Both the position numbers and the translations under genes were made by a program. Shown one piece after another: positions 36,697 to 45,923 of a DNA stretch of 64,000 nt. The notes beneath the pieces are model-generated. The model did not search any database. It was not told where the DNA came from and saw only the letters and a list, made by a program, of their open reading frames with translations. The stretch's first letter is position 1, and each line of letters starts with the position of its first letter. This DNA is from Candidatus Parcubacteria bacterium. GTDB lineage: Bacteria; Patescibacteriota; Minisyncoccia; Phycocordibacterales; PALSA-1337. The stretch spans positions 42,488-106,487 of the forward strand of contig JBDLTF010000001.1 in assembly GCA_039799225.1 (NCBI GenBank), read 5' to 3'.

Positions 36697-39270
36697 CTAA
36701 CGGATAGAGAAGGTAGTCGAAGCAGTGGTCTTGTTGAAGATATTATCGTAGAGGGTCACAGAGAGTGTATTATCACCAGACAAGTTTCCTATATCTGAAG
36801 GGAAGAATGAGATGTTGAGAGGATCCTTCTCTGAAGTGAGAATATATTTACCATTGATGTATACCTCTGTCTTTCGTGCTGGGTAAGCGCCAGATACATT
36901 GAGTTTTATATTCAAGCTCTCACCTGACCCTATAGATACTCCTTGTGTTGGAGATATAAATGATACATGTGGGGATTTGTCAGGGAGGTGTATATCATCG
37001 GTGGCGGTAGGTATATCTATAGATGTGGCTTCTTTGAAGTCGGGATGCTCCTTCTGATAGTTTTCGAACCATTTCCTGACGCCGTATTCCCAGTATTCAT
37101 ACTGAGAATCATTGTTTGGATCCTTAGGAGCTTCACCACGAGGATCAATCTTGTTGATCCAATGGAGGATACTGTGAACATTGTTGAAAGCAACTTCTTT
37201 TCTAGTCTCAACCGGTGTGTATTCCGTTGCGATCTTTCCAGAAACAGAGTCTTTCCAGTATGATATGCCACCTTGCCATATACCACGCAATACAGGTTTA
37301 TTATCAGAGAGTGGGGGAGGAGGAGTCTGAAAATTCTCCGGAGGGAATGTATCGGCAACTTGAGACATGAATGCTCCCCAAACTGGTGCAATGATGAGAC
37401 CAGCTATATTTTGCTTCCTCGGAGTGGTGTCATTCTTTCCTGCCCAGGCTCCAACGACGAGGTTTGGTGTATAACCGACAGCCCACACGTCACGATAATC
37501 GTTGGTAGTACCAGTCTTGATGGCGACTTGGCGACCAACACTTTCACCGATAGGTTTGAGACTCTCCATGCGTACATTGGTGTCTGACAATATATCTGAT
37601 ATCTGGCGAGCAATCTCAGGCTTGAGTGCTTCTGTTGGGGTAGGAGATTCTGCGCTCTCAAGGATGGTTCCTTTGCTATCTTCTACGCGCAAAACTGACC
37701 TATATGGGTTGCGCATACCATCGTTGGCAAATACACCGTATGCACTCGTAAGCTCGAGAAGAGATACTTCACCACCTCCAAGCACGAGAGTGAGACCGTA
37801 TCGATCGGGCTCAGTAAGACTGGTGATACCCATATCTTCGGCGGTCTGAATCGATCTGTTGATTCCGGCGAGATAGAGAGCTTTCACCGCTGGTATGTTT
37901 CTAGAATGGGCCAGAGCCTCTCTGATAGTCATAGGACCTGGGAATGTATGATCGTATTCATCAGGTGAGTAACATACCTTTTTTGGATCTTCACCGTCCT
38001 TTTTAGGTTTACTTTCAACAGTACACTCAGTCGAGAATTCTGTTTCAACATCGAAGAGTACAGTCTCAGGCGTATATCCTCTCTCGAATGCTGTCGCGTA
38101 GACGAATGGCTTGAATGTGGATCCAGGCTGACGCTTAGCAAGAGCAATATTGAAATTTCCATCTATTTTTGGATCGAAGTAGTCTCGTGATCCAACCATA
38201 GTGAGTATGTCACCAGTTTTGGGATCGATAGCAACCATTGCAGTGTTACTTGCATTGAAGTTACTTTCGAGAGATGGTGTGAATTTTACGATCACATCCT
38301 CAGCCTTTTCTTGCATACCATAGTCGAGAGTGGTTATGATGCGCAAACCACCACTACTCACCATTTCTTCTCCGTATTTTTGAGTGACATAATCTTTTAC
38401 GAACATAACGAAGTGAGGTGCGCGGAGGCTTGAGTCATTCTTGGAGAGGAAAGTCACCTCTTCTGCAACAGCTGAATCACGTTCTTCTTCTGATATAAGC
38501 TTAAGATCAAGCATGCGCTTCAATACAAGCCTCTGTCTGCCGGTAAGGTCATCTCGATGTGTACCATACGGAGAATAATATGTTGGTGCCTGAGGTATCG
38601 CGGCGAGATAGGCAGCTTGAGCCAAAGTTACATCTTTTGCGGCTCTACCGAAGAATGCACGGCTCGCTTCTTCAACACCGAAGATAGTACCTCCATATGA
38701 GGTGTCATTGAGGTATGTTTCAAGGATTTGATCCTTGCTCATGACGCGGGTGAGCTTCACTGCGATAACCCACTCCTTGATCTTACGGGTGATAGTTTTG
38801 TCTTTGGTGAGAAGGGAGTTCTTCACGACCTGTTGAGTGATCGTAGACGCTCCTTGACCGTATCCACCAGTCGCGAGGTTCGCGAGCACGGCGCGGATGA
38901 TAGATGTCGGTTCGATGCCGATGTTGGTATAGAAATCAGAATCCTCAATAGCGATGGTTGCTTGCTGGATGAGTGGCGAGATTCCAGCAAGGGGAAGGGC
39001 AGTGCGCTTCGCATCTCTGCCAGTATCATAGAGGAGTATGGTGCCGGTTCGGTCATATATCTTGGTCGACTCGATGATCTTCCTATTCTGGAATGAATCG
39101 AGGTCTGGCATCTCAAGAGTTGCTACCCAGAGAGCTACTAAACCGGTCACTATGAATGCGCCAGAAATAGCCAAAATGATGGCTGATTTTGCGTGAGGAT
39201 GGAGATGTTTCTTTTTGTGGTGGGACATATTGCTAATAGTAGCAAATACCCCCACATGGCGAAAGGACAA
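36697..39270 (-). CDS. Class A penicillin-binding protein (bifunctional glycosyltransferase/transpeptidase, PBP1A-like)
   Basis: 857 aa. GT51 motifs EDSDFY and GASTITQQ, transpeptidase motifs STFKP, SRN and KTGT. Confidence 0.85.
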   Translation of the reverse strand: MSFRHVGVFATISNMSHHKKKHLHPHAKSAIILAISGAFIVTGLVALWVATLEMPDLDSFQNRKIIESTKIYDRTGTILLYDTGRDAKRTALPLAGISPLIQQATIAIEDSDFYTNIGIEPTSIIRAVLANLATGGYGQGASTITQQVVKNSLLTKDKTITRKIKEWVIAVKLTRVMSKDQILETYLNDTSYGGTIFGVEEASRAFFGRAAKDVTLAQAAYLAAIPQAPTYYSPYGTHRDDLTGRQRLVLKRMLDLKLISEEERDSAVAEEVTFLSKNDSSLRAPHFVMFVKDYVTQKYGEEMVSSGGLRIITTLDYGMQEKAEDVIVKFTPSLESNFNASNTAMVAIDPKTGDILTMVGSRDYFDPKIDGNFNIALAKRQPGSTFKPFVYATAFERGYTPETVLFDVETEFSTECTVESKPKKDGEDPKKVCYSPDEYDHTFPGPMTIREALAHSRNIPAVKALYLAGINRSIQTAEDMGITSLTEPDRYGLTLVLGGGEVSLLELTSAYGVFANDGMRNPYRSVLRVEDSKGTILESAESPTPTEALKPEIARQISDILSDTNVRMESLKPIGESVGRQVAIKTGTTNDYRDVWAVGYTPNLVVGAWAGKNDTTPRKQNIAGLIIAPVWGAFMSQVADTFPPENFQTPPPPLSDNKPVLRGIWQGGISYWKDSVSGKIATEYTPVETRKEVAFNNVHSILHWINKIDPRGEAPKDPNNDSQYEYWEYGVRKWFENYQKEHPDFKEATSIDIPTATDDIHLPDKSPHVSFISPTQGVSIGSGESLNIKLNVSGAYPARKTEVYINGKYILTSEKDPLNISFFPSDIGNLSGDNTLSVTLYDNIFNKTTASTTFSIR

Positions 39271-39332
39271 TAGGAGCTAGATTATCTCAGTTCTGATTCT
39301 TACAAAAAAGAGGCTCAAGGCCTCCTTACTTG

Positions 39333-39596
39333 TTATTCTTCCCAGCGATCTCCGAAAGGATTGAGTTCCTCTCCATCGAGTGAAAGCTCTTCTCCCGCAA
39401 GCTCGTCATCTTCAGCTGGAGCCGCGAGAGGATCTTCTTCAACCTTCTCGTCTGTTCCTCCGAGAATAGGTTCGTGCTCTTCTATCTCGATAGGTTTCTT
39501 CGCTTTGGCAGCAGGAGCATCTTCACGATGTTCCTCAGCCTCATCGTGTTCCTCGACGATAGGATCGACTTTCTTTGTTTTTTTGGCCGTTGGCAT
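39333..39596 (-). CDS. Small highly acidic hypothetical protein
   Basis: 87 aa, E/D-rich, lying between ruvC and the PBP gene. Confidence 0.3.
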   Translation of the reverse strand: MPTAKKTKKVDPIVEEHDEAEEHREDAPAAKAKKPIEIEEHEPILGGTDEKVEEDPLAAPAEDDELAGEELSLDGEELNPFGDRWEE

Positions 39597-39740
39597 ACCT
39601 ATAAATTAACCTTATAACTTCTTGTTGGATAGTTGTAACAAAGTCTTTTTATTTTGGCAATCAGAGGGAGCTGTGGATATCCGGGAGTGCGTCACTCCCG
39701 AGCAATCCCCGAAGGGGACAACCGGGAGGTTTTTGTGACT

Positions 39741-40214
39741 TTAGCGACTACACGCCGCATGTGTCAGCGCCACCGCTATAGCGTCATATTCGTCATCTAC
39801 AGTCTTTTTTGCAGGAATATCTATGAGGAGATGAACCATCTTGATGATGCGTTCTTTGTCACTTTTTCCATCACTCGTGATAGCCGACTTGATCTCCATA
39901 GGACCATACTCGTGAACAGGGATTCCTGCGCGTACTGCCTCGTAAATGATGATGCCACGCGCTTCAGAGACTCGCATAGCAGTCTTCTGGTTCTTGGTTA
40001 TGAAAAGAGTTTCCAGAGCCATGGCGTCAGGCTTGTATTCAGCAATGATACGTGCAACTTCTGCGCCAACTGCATGGAAACGGTTGTAAATAGAATCTTT
40101 GGCTGAAGTCTGTAAACAACCAGAGTAGAGAAGGTTCTCGCGACCCTTTGAAGGTTTTTCGATGACGGCAATGCCGAGGCGATCGTATCCAGGATCTATA
40201 CCGAGAATTATCAT
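39741..40214 (-). CDS. ruvC: Holliday junction resolvase RuvC
   Basis: 157 aa. MIILGIDPGYDRLGIAV. Confidence 0.85.
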   Translation of the reverse strand: MIILGIDPGYDRLGIAVIEKPSKGRENLLYSGCLQTSAKDSIYNRFHAVGAEVARIIAEYKPDAMALETLFITKNQKTAMRVSEARGIIIYEAVRAGIPVHEYGPMEIKSAITSDGKSDKERIIKMVHLLIDIPAKKTVDDEYDAIAVALTHAACSR

Positions 40215-40253
40215 GGGTTAAGTATAGCGCACACATTTCTGTGTGCGCTCGAA

Positions 40254-40784
40254 TTACTCCGCGTTTGTGAAGACTTCCTGCACCTCATCGTTCTCTTCAA
40301 GTTCTTCAGCGAGCTTGGTGAGGAGTTCAATATCAGCATCTTCGAGTGGCATGGTGGTGGTTGCATTCCAGACGTTACCTTCTTTCTTGAATGCCCATGA
40401 GGCACTCCCTGGGGAGGCGAGCTCGTATCCATTCTTGGAGAGAATATGTTTAACCTCTTGAGCAGCCTTGTTCCTGTTATCAGTGAGGGCCTCTATGAGG
40501 ATTGCGACGCCACCAGGACCATATGCCTCGTAGACGATTGATTCCATATCGGCGGAATTGTCAGTGGTCGCCTTCTTGATGGCGCGATCAATAGTGTCGT
40601 TGGGCATATTCTCAGCACGTGCTTTTTCAATAGCAGCTGCAAGGCCAGGGGAAGAGAGAACACCCTTAGCCTTCTTGGCCTCTACAGTGACGAGGCGTAC
40701 GAGCTTACCGAATGACTTACTCTTCTGAGCGTCATTCTTAGCTTTTATGTGCTTTATCTTGGAATATTTATTATGGCCGGACAT
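40254..40784 (-). CDS. yebC: YebC/PmpR-family transcriptional regulator (short form)
   Basis: 176 aa. N-terminal HNKYSKIKH... Confidence 0.75.
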   Translation of the reverse strand: MSGHNKYSKIKHIKAKNDAQKSKSFGKLVRLVTVEAKKAKGVLSSPGLAAAIEKARAENMPNDTIDRAIKKATTDNSADMESIVYEAYGPGGVAILIEALTDNRNKAAQEVKHILSKNGYELASPGSASWAFKKEGNVWNATTTMPLEDADIELLTKLAEELEENDEVQEVFTNAE

Positions 40785-40789
40785 GGTTT

Positions 40790-41053
40790 TTATTTAAGAG
40801 TAGAAACTATTATGGATACAAGAAAAAGTATTATTAATATCACACCAGCATATTTTGCCCAAATCCTCTCCTTTCTAATTTGTACCGAAGACACAAGACC
40901 GAACAAAGATAATACAAAAGCAAAAATCTCAGCATAATTAGGTCCACCAAATGATCCCTCTATATTAATTACTATAAAGAAAAAAATAGTAGATACCAAG
41001 GATACACAGAAAAGTGTAGTCGAAAAAATATTCCAGTATTTTTTTTTGTTCAT
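40790..41053 (-). CDS. Small three-TM membrane protein
   Basis: 87 aa, hydrophobic. Confidence 0.35.
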   Translation of the reverse strand: MNKKKYWNIFSTTLFCVSLVSTIFFFIVINIEGSFGGPNYAEIFAFVLSLFGLVSSVQIRKERIWAKYAGVILIILFLVSIIVSTLK

Positions 41054-41078
41054 ATATTTGTTTGTTAATTATAAGTAA

Positions 41079-42089
41079 TCATAACAACTTCATCGCACCC
41101 TTTTCTCCAAGATGCGCATATGCCTTATCTGTTGCGGTGCGTCCTCTCGGTGTTCTTTCGAGCAAACCAAGTTGAATCAGATACGGTTCGTACACTTCTT
41201 CGACAGTCGCTTGTTCCTCAGAGAGTGCTGCGGCAATAGTGCCAAGACCGACTGGTCCGCCGCCAAATTTATTTATAATCACTTTCAATATCTCACGATC
41301 AGCCGCGGTAAGGCCGAGTGTGTCGACGCCGAGCATGGTGAGAGCCTTCTCGACCACCTCTTTCGTAAGGGAAGTCTTGTGGATCTGCGCATAGTCGCGA
41401 CACCTCTTGAGATGGTAGTTGGCTGTACGGGGAGTGAAGCGTGAGCGGATAGCAATTTCGGTCACTGCATCGTCATGAATCTCAATGTCGAGAATTTTCG
41501 CAGACCTCTTGATGATCTTGGCGATTTCATCATCAGTGTAAAATTCAAGCTTGAACACTCCTCCAGAGAAGCGGGAGCGCAAAGGTGCGGAAATCATAGC
41601 TATCCTTGTGGTTGCGGCGATGAGGGTAAATGGTGGGAGGTCGAGCTGGATAGTCCTTGCTGATGGCCCTTTGCCTATGATAATATCGAGCGTCCCGGAC
41701 TCCATGGCAGGGTAGAGGACTTCTTCGATAGCTTTGTTCAATCGATGAATCTCATCGATGAAGAGAATGTCGCCTGAAGAGAGGTTTGTGACGATAGAGG
41801 CAAGGTCACCAACTTTCAAGATCGCAGGACCCGAAGTCACCTTCATTTGAGAGCCCGTTTCCTTGGCTATAAGGTGCGCCAGAGTCGTTTTACCAAGACC
41901 TGGTGGGCCATAGAAGAGAATGTGTTCAGGAGGATGTTTACGCTCTTGGGCAGCAGTCAGGAGGATATGGAGGTTATCCTTGATGTTCTTCTGGCCTATA
42001 TACTCATCCCAACGTCCAGGACGGAGAGTTTGATCGAGGAATCCAGCATCTTTCTCGACTTCAGGGGTATTTGGAGGGGGTATTGACAT
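41079..42089 (-). CDS. ruvB: Holliday junction branch-migration ATPase RuvB
   Basis: 336 aa. Walker A GPPGLGKTTLA. Confidence 0.9.
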   Translation of the reverse strand: MSIPPPNTPEVEKDAGFLDQTLRPGRWDEYIGQKNIKDNLHILLTAAQERKHPPEHILFYGPPGLGKTTLAHLIAKETGSQMKVTSGPAILKVGDLASIVTNLSSGDILFIDEIHRLNKAIEEVLYPAMESGTLDIIIGKGPSARTIQLDLPPFTLIAATTRIAMISAPLRSRFSGGVFKLEFYTDDEIAKIIKRSAKILDIEIHDDAVTEIAIRSRFTPRTANYHLKRCRDYAQIHKTSLTKEVVEKALTMLGVDTLGLTAADREILKVIINKFGGGPVGLGTIAAALSEEQATVEEVYEPYLIQLGLLERTPRGRTATDKAYAHLGEKGAMKLL

Positions 42090-42126
42090 TTTTGATAGGG
42101 TATGCTAAGATACTCTTGAAGTCATA

Positions 42127-42470
42127 TAGGTAGTGTATAATATACATATCAGGAATGCGAACGACAGGTGTCGCATTTTTCTATGTCCACACTAGCGATA
42201 GACATGCCCATTTCGAACTCGTGAACCTCTAAGCAATGGCCTTCCCAGGTTTGGGTATAGTGCTAAGGACATTTTGGTTGCAATGCTTGCATTGCGTACT
42301 GAAATTATCCTCGGGACTCTACCTCGCTTGGCGCATCATGCGCCGAGATATTGCTTAGAGATTCTCTAGTTTGAAGAGATTGTTCTACTGAACATCCTAC
42401 TCCTCGACCCGTCTAGAAATCAATGGGGAAAAGTTCCAGCGCACGCCTTTGACAGGGAAGTCAAAGGCGT
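42127..42470 (+). ncRNA. Candidate plus-strand noncoding RNA of about 340 nt, located between two minus-strand genes
   Basis: Extended -10 promoter gtgTATAAT at about 42128-42140. No ORF above 20 aa. Ends in a plus-strand intrinsic terminator cgcctttgac-aggga-agtcaaaggcg + tttt at about 42434-42465. Confidence 0.3.
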
Positions 42471-42485
42471 TTTCGCTACATGAGA

Positions 42486-42809
42486 CTAACGAAGTTTGGT
42501 TCCAGACTTACGGAGACCTTCTTGGAACGAATGTTGTGCATTAGTGAGATCGGATTGAGCTTTGAGTTTTGCACGCTGAATTTCAGCAATCTTTGCTTTG
42601 AGCTTCGGTATATCTGATTCGGTGGCGTAGAGTTCATGTCTATCAATTTCAACCTTCTTCTGCAATTGAGGAATTTCTTGTTTCAACTGCGCCGCTTTTG
42701 CTTCATGCGCACGGAGCTCTTCTTGGATTGAAGTCAATTCATGAATCTCTTCTTTTATCTGGTTTTGAAGCTGCTGAACCATTTCTGTAACATTCTTTGG
42801 ATTATTCAT
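42486..42809 (-). CDS. Coiled-coil protein immediately downstream of pilB
   Basis: 107 aa, heptad-rich, 12-nt gap from the PilB stop. Confidence 0.45.
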   Translation of the reverse strand: MNNPKNVTEMVQQLQNQIKEEIHELTSIQEELRAHEAKAAQLKQEIPQLQKKVEIDRHELYATESDIPKLKAKIAEIQRAKLKAQSDLTNAQHSFQEGLRKSGTKLR

Positions 42810-42821
42810 GGGTAGATATTA

Positions 42822-44495
42822 TTAGTCTGTCAGCGCAATCACTCTTTCAAGCTCACTCATCGATGTAACACCCTGCAATATCTTGAGTGTACCATCTTGC
42901 TTCATAGTGAGAATACCTTGGCCTGCAGCAGCAGTCCAAATCTCACGCTCGCTCGGGTTTAGTTCCACAGCGTCCTCAATCTTCTTATTGGTGAGGATGG
43001 CTTCATAGATACCGATACGGCCCTTGTAGCCAGTTTTGTTACACTTCTCGCACCCGACAGAGATCCACATCTTAGAACGATCAGCAGGGACGAGAGATCT
43101 ATCTTCGATAGTTTGGACGGTTGTCTCGATATTCTGCTGGATGTCACCCTCGACAGGAACTTCTTTCTTACAATTTTCACAGAGCTTACGAACAAGGCGC
43201 TGGGCCATTGCAACGCGAATGGCGGATGTGAGCACCTTTGAGTTCACACCGAGGTCGATGAGGCGAGGATAGGTTCCTGCAGCGTCGTTGGTATGGAGGG
43301 TAGAGAACACAAGGTGACCGGTCAAAGCGGAATTCACTGCGATATCAGCCGTCTCGTTGTCGCGGATTTCACCGACCATGATGATGTCAGGGTCTTGGCG
43401 AACGGCGGCACGGAGTCCTTCAAGGAAGTTATATCCCTTGTCGTTGACCTGTGTCTGAACGATACCAGGGAGGTGGTATTCGATAGGGTCTTCGATGGTG
43501 ACAATCTTGATTTGAGGATTGTGCACCTTTTTCAAGAATGAATAGAGCGTGGTCGTCTTTCCAGAACCGGTCGGACCAGTAGTGAGAATCATACCGTCAG
43601 GTCGCTCGATCTCTTTGAGCAATATATCGAGAAGTTTTTTATTGATACCTAGAGACTCGAGAGGGACATCAATAGATTTCGGATTGAGGAGACGCATCAC
43701 GACTGATTCATTGTATGCGCCTGGCAATATAGAGACACGGACTTCGATGTCGCCGATAGGGAGGCGGATACTGAAGCGTCCATCCTGAGAATCTTTCTTG
43801 ATATTGAGCTTCATTCCCGAAATGAGCTTGATGCGAGAAAGGATGAGGCCATATGTTTCGTTGTCGAAACGAGTCACTTCTTGCAAGACACCGTCGAGAC
43901 GGTAGCGGAGCTGAACATATTTCTCCTCAGGTTCAAGGTGGATGTCTGATGCGTCGATGGCGAGTGCTCCAGCGACGGCAGTCTCAAGAATGCGGGACAC
44001 GCGATAACTCTTCTTTCCAGACAGAGTGTTCTCAAGAATGGAGACAATAACAGGAAGACTCTTAGCCTCCTTCACAATTGCGGCGATGTCGTCATTTGAG
44101 ATTTCAAGTGATCCAGCCTTGCTCTCATAAGCGAATGAGAGGTCTTTGTACATCTTCCATGCTTTTTCGAGACTCTGGGTGGAGGCTATGTAGAGTTCAG
44201 GATTGTATCCTTTGGTCTTAAGGTCGGCGATGACAGCGGCAACCTTCTCGTCTTGTGGATTGCGCGCGGCAACCTTGATTCTTTTGTCTATGAGCGCAAA
44301 TCCAGCCGTCTGAGTCTTGCGTGCGTCATCTTCCTTGATGAGGCGTAGAGCGTCAGAGTTCACGGGTGTACCGAGGAGATTTACATATTCAACACCATAT
44401 TTACCAGAAAGGATCTGGACGAGGTCTTCCTCCTCCTTGTGGAGGAGTTGATCGAGCCTCCTCTTCTGCTTATCTTCGTCGAAAGTGATGGTCAT
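42822..44495 (-). CDS. pilB: Type IV pilus assembly / type II secretion ATPase of the GspE/PilB family
   Basis: Walker A TGPTGSGKTTT, Asp and His boxes, C-terminal tetracysteine zinc motif. The start is probably MTITFDEDK at 44495. Confidence 0.85.
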   Translation of the reverse strand: MTITFDEDKQKRRLDQLLHKEEEDLVQILSGKYGVEYVNLLGTPVNSDALRLIKEDDARKTQTAGFALIDKRIKVAARNPQDEKVAAVIADLKTKGYNPELYIASTQSLEKAWKMYKDLSFAYESKAGSLEISNDDIAAIVKEAKSLPVIVSILENTLSGKKSYRVSRILETAVAGALAIDASDIHLEPEEKYVQLRYRLDGVLQEVTRFDNETYGLILSRIKLISGMKLNIKKDSQDGRFSIRLPIGDIEVRVSILPGAYNESVVMRLLNPKSIDVPLESLGINKKLLDILLKEIERPDGMILTTGPTGSGKTTTLYSFLKKVHNPQIKIVTIEDPIEYHLPGIVQTQVNDKGYNFLEGLRAAVRQDPDIIMVGEIRDNETADIAVNSALTGHLVFSTLHTNDAAGTYPRLIDLGVNSKVLTSAIRVAMAQRLVRKLCENCKKEVPVEGDIQQNIETTVQTIEDRSLVPADRSKMWISVGCEKCNKTGYKGRIGIYEAILTNKKIEDAVELNPSEREIWTAAAGQGILTMKQDGTLKILQGVTSMSELERVIALTD

Positions 44496-44645
44496 TGATG
44501 TACAGTATAGCGACAAGTGAGGACTTGTGGAAGCTCGCTTACACAAAGTCCGAGCGCGGATGATATATGAGCGGAGCGAATATTTCGCAAAAAAGGGAGC
44601 TGTGTCGTGCGGATAAGAGCTCTCAACTAAGCCATGGGAAGCCTA

Positions 44646-44675
44646 TTGACTTTCATCATATAAATGTGATATAAT
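44646..44675 (+). promoter_or_regulatory. Sigma70-like promoter TTGACT-18nt-TGaTATAAT for the secreted-protein gene
   Basis: Near-consensus -35 and extended -10 elements. Confidence 0.45.
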
Positions 44676-44730
44676 ATACTATAGAAAAGCATATGCGACG
44701 CAATTCCGCGTCACATGAACAAAAGGTTTT

Positions 44731-45315
44731 ATGAAGAAGATCCTTGTCATCATTATCGCGACGATCGTCGCAATCGTTCCTGTTGCCAACGCGCAACAAG
44801 GGAGTCAGAAAAGTCCGGGCGTCACCATCTACAGTGCTGATGGCACGAAGAGTGACATTGGCATTGGAGGCTCACCGAGTAAGACGTGTGTGCGTTTGTG
44901 TAAATGTTCCCGCCATACCGTCACCGTCAAGAAAGTGGTTGGCCCGACATACACATGGACGTCGCCTCAAGGTACTCCGTGTGCTCCCGCCAATACAGTG
45001 GTCGTGGTGCAACAAGTAGTTTCGCAGCCGACCTATGTGGTTCAGCCAAGATGTACAGAGACTCCAGGGCGAGTATGGGGCATGACGTTCCCGTTTGTCG
45101 CTTCCGCAGGAATTGGCATCAGCACGTACCCGAGCTCGTATTATTCGGAAACGTACTGGCAGCATGATTCTCGGTATCAGGAACGCTACAACATGGCGGC
45201 GACCAGATATGGATATGATAGTCGTCGTTCTGGTGGTCAGAGCTTCAACAATAATCCGTACGGTTCACGTCCTTCTGTTGGAGATATGTATGGCCACAGT
45301 GGCCGTCGTCGATAA
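44731..45315 (+). CDS. Secreted Cys-, Tyr- and Arg-containing hypothetical protein
   Basis: 194 aa with signal peptide MKKILVIIIATIVAIVPVANA. Confidence 0.5.
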   Translation: MKKILVIIIATIVAIVPVANAQQGSQKSPGVTIYSADGTKSDIGIGGSPSKTCVRLCKCSRHTVTVKKVVGPTYTWTSPQGTPCAPANTVVVVQQVVSQPTYVVQPRCTETPGRVWGMTFPFVASAGIGISTYPSSYYSETYWQHDSRYQERYNMAATRYGYDSRRSGGQSFNNNPYGSRPSVGDMYGHSGRRR

Positions 45316-45318
45316 TCA

Positions 45319-45882
45319 GTGGTAATCGCAAGTAGTGCCCGCGCTTTCTCTTTCGAGAGAAGGCGCGGTTTTTATTTACCCGGGAAGCTTGCTGATTATC
45401 TTCTGCCTGCTAGTATTAGCGCACTGATGAAACACACCTCTCATTCTCTGGAAGAGACAGCGCAGATCGCCCATGGATGGCTTGCGTCTATTTCGAAGAA
45501 GAAACTTACGAACGAGGCAACAGTCGTCGGTCTTTCTGGTCATCTCGGCGCAGGGAAGACTGCTTTTACGAAATGTATAGCCAAAGAATTTGGTATTGCT
45601 GAAGATGTGACGAGTCCAACGTTTGTCATCATGAAGATATATCCGGTAGATTCTGCCAAGAATTTCCCCTGGAAGAAATTGGTGCACATCGATGCATATC
45701 GTTTCGAGCGCGCCCAAGAATTGGAATCAATCGATTTTGAGAAATATGCGGCAGATCCAGACAACCTTATTTTGATTGAGTGGCCGGAGAATGTGAAGGA
45801 GATGGTGGAGAATCTGGAGGGATATTCACAGATACATTTCAGCGCCGGAGACGGGGATACAGAGAGAGTGGTCGAATTCTAG
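45319..45882 (+). CDS. tsaE: tRNA threonylcarbamoyladenosine biosynthesis protein TsaE (YjeE)
   Basis: 187 aa. P-loop GHLGAGKT and SPTF motif. Confidence 0.75.
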   Translation: MVIASSARAFSFERRRGFYLPGKLADYLLPASISALMKHTSHSLEETAQIAHGWLASISKKKLTNEATVVGLSGHLGAGKTAFTKCIAKEFGIAEDVTSPTFVIMKIYPVDSAKNFPWKKLVHIDAYRFERAQELESIDFEKYAADPDNLILIEWPENVKEMVENLEGYSQIHFSAGDGDTERVVEF

Positions 45883-45923
45883 ACATCGTTCATTCTAGCC
45901 CTATTCTGGTGTACAATGCCCCT

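Noticed and set aside
45780-45923. Upstream start for polA overlapping tsaE by 100 nt
   Set aside because: This is an artefact of a stop-free stretch. The MSPAKKK start at 45924 follows the tsaE stop and matches PolA N-termini. The same reasoning moved the dnaA start to 33629, the amidase to 51431, rpsT to 54659, pilB to 44495 and the NYN gene to 7618.
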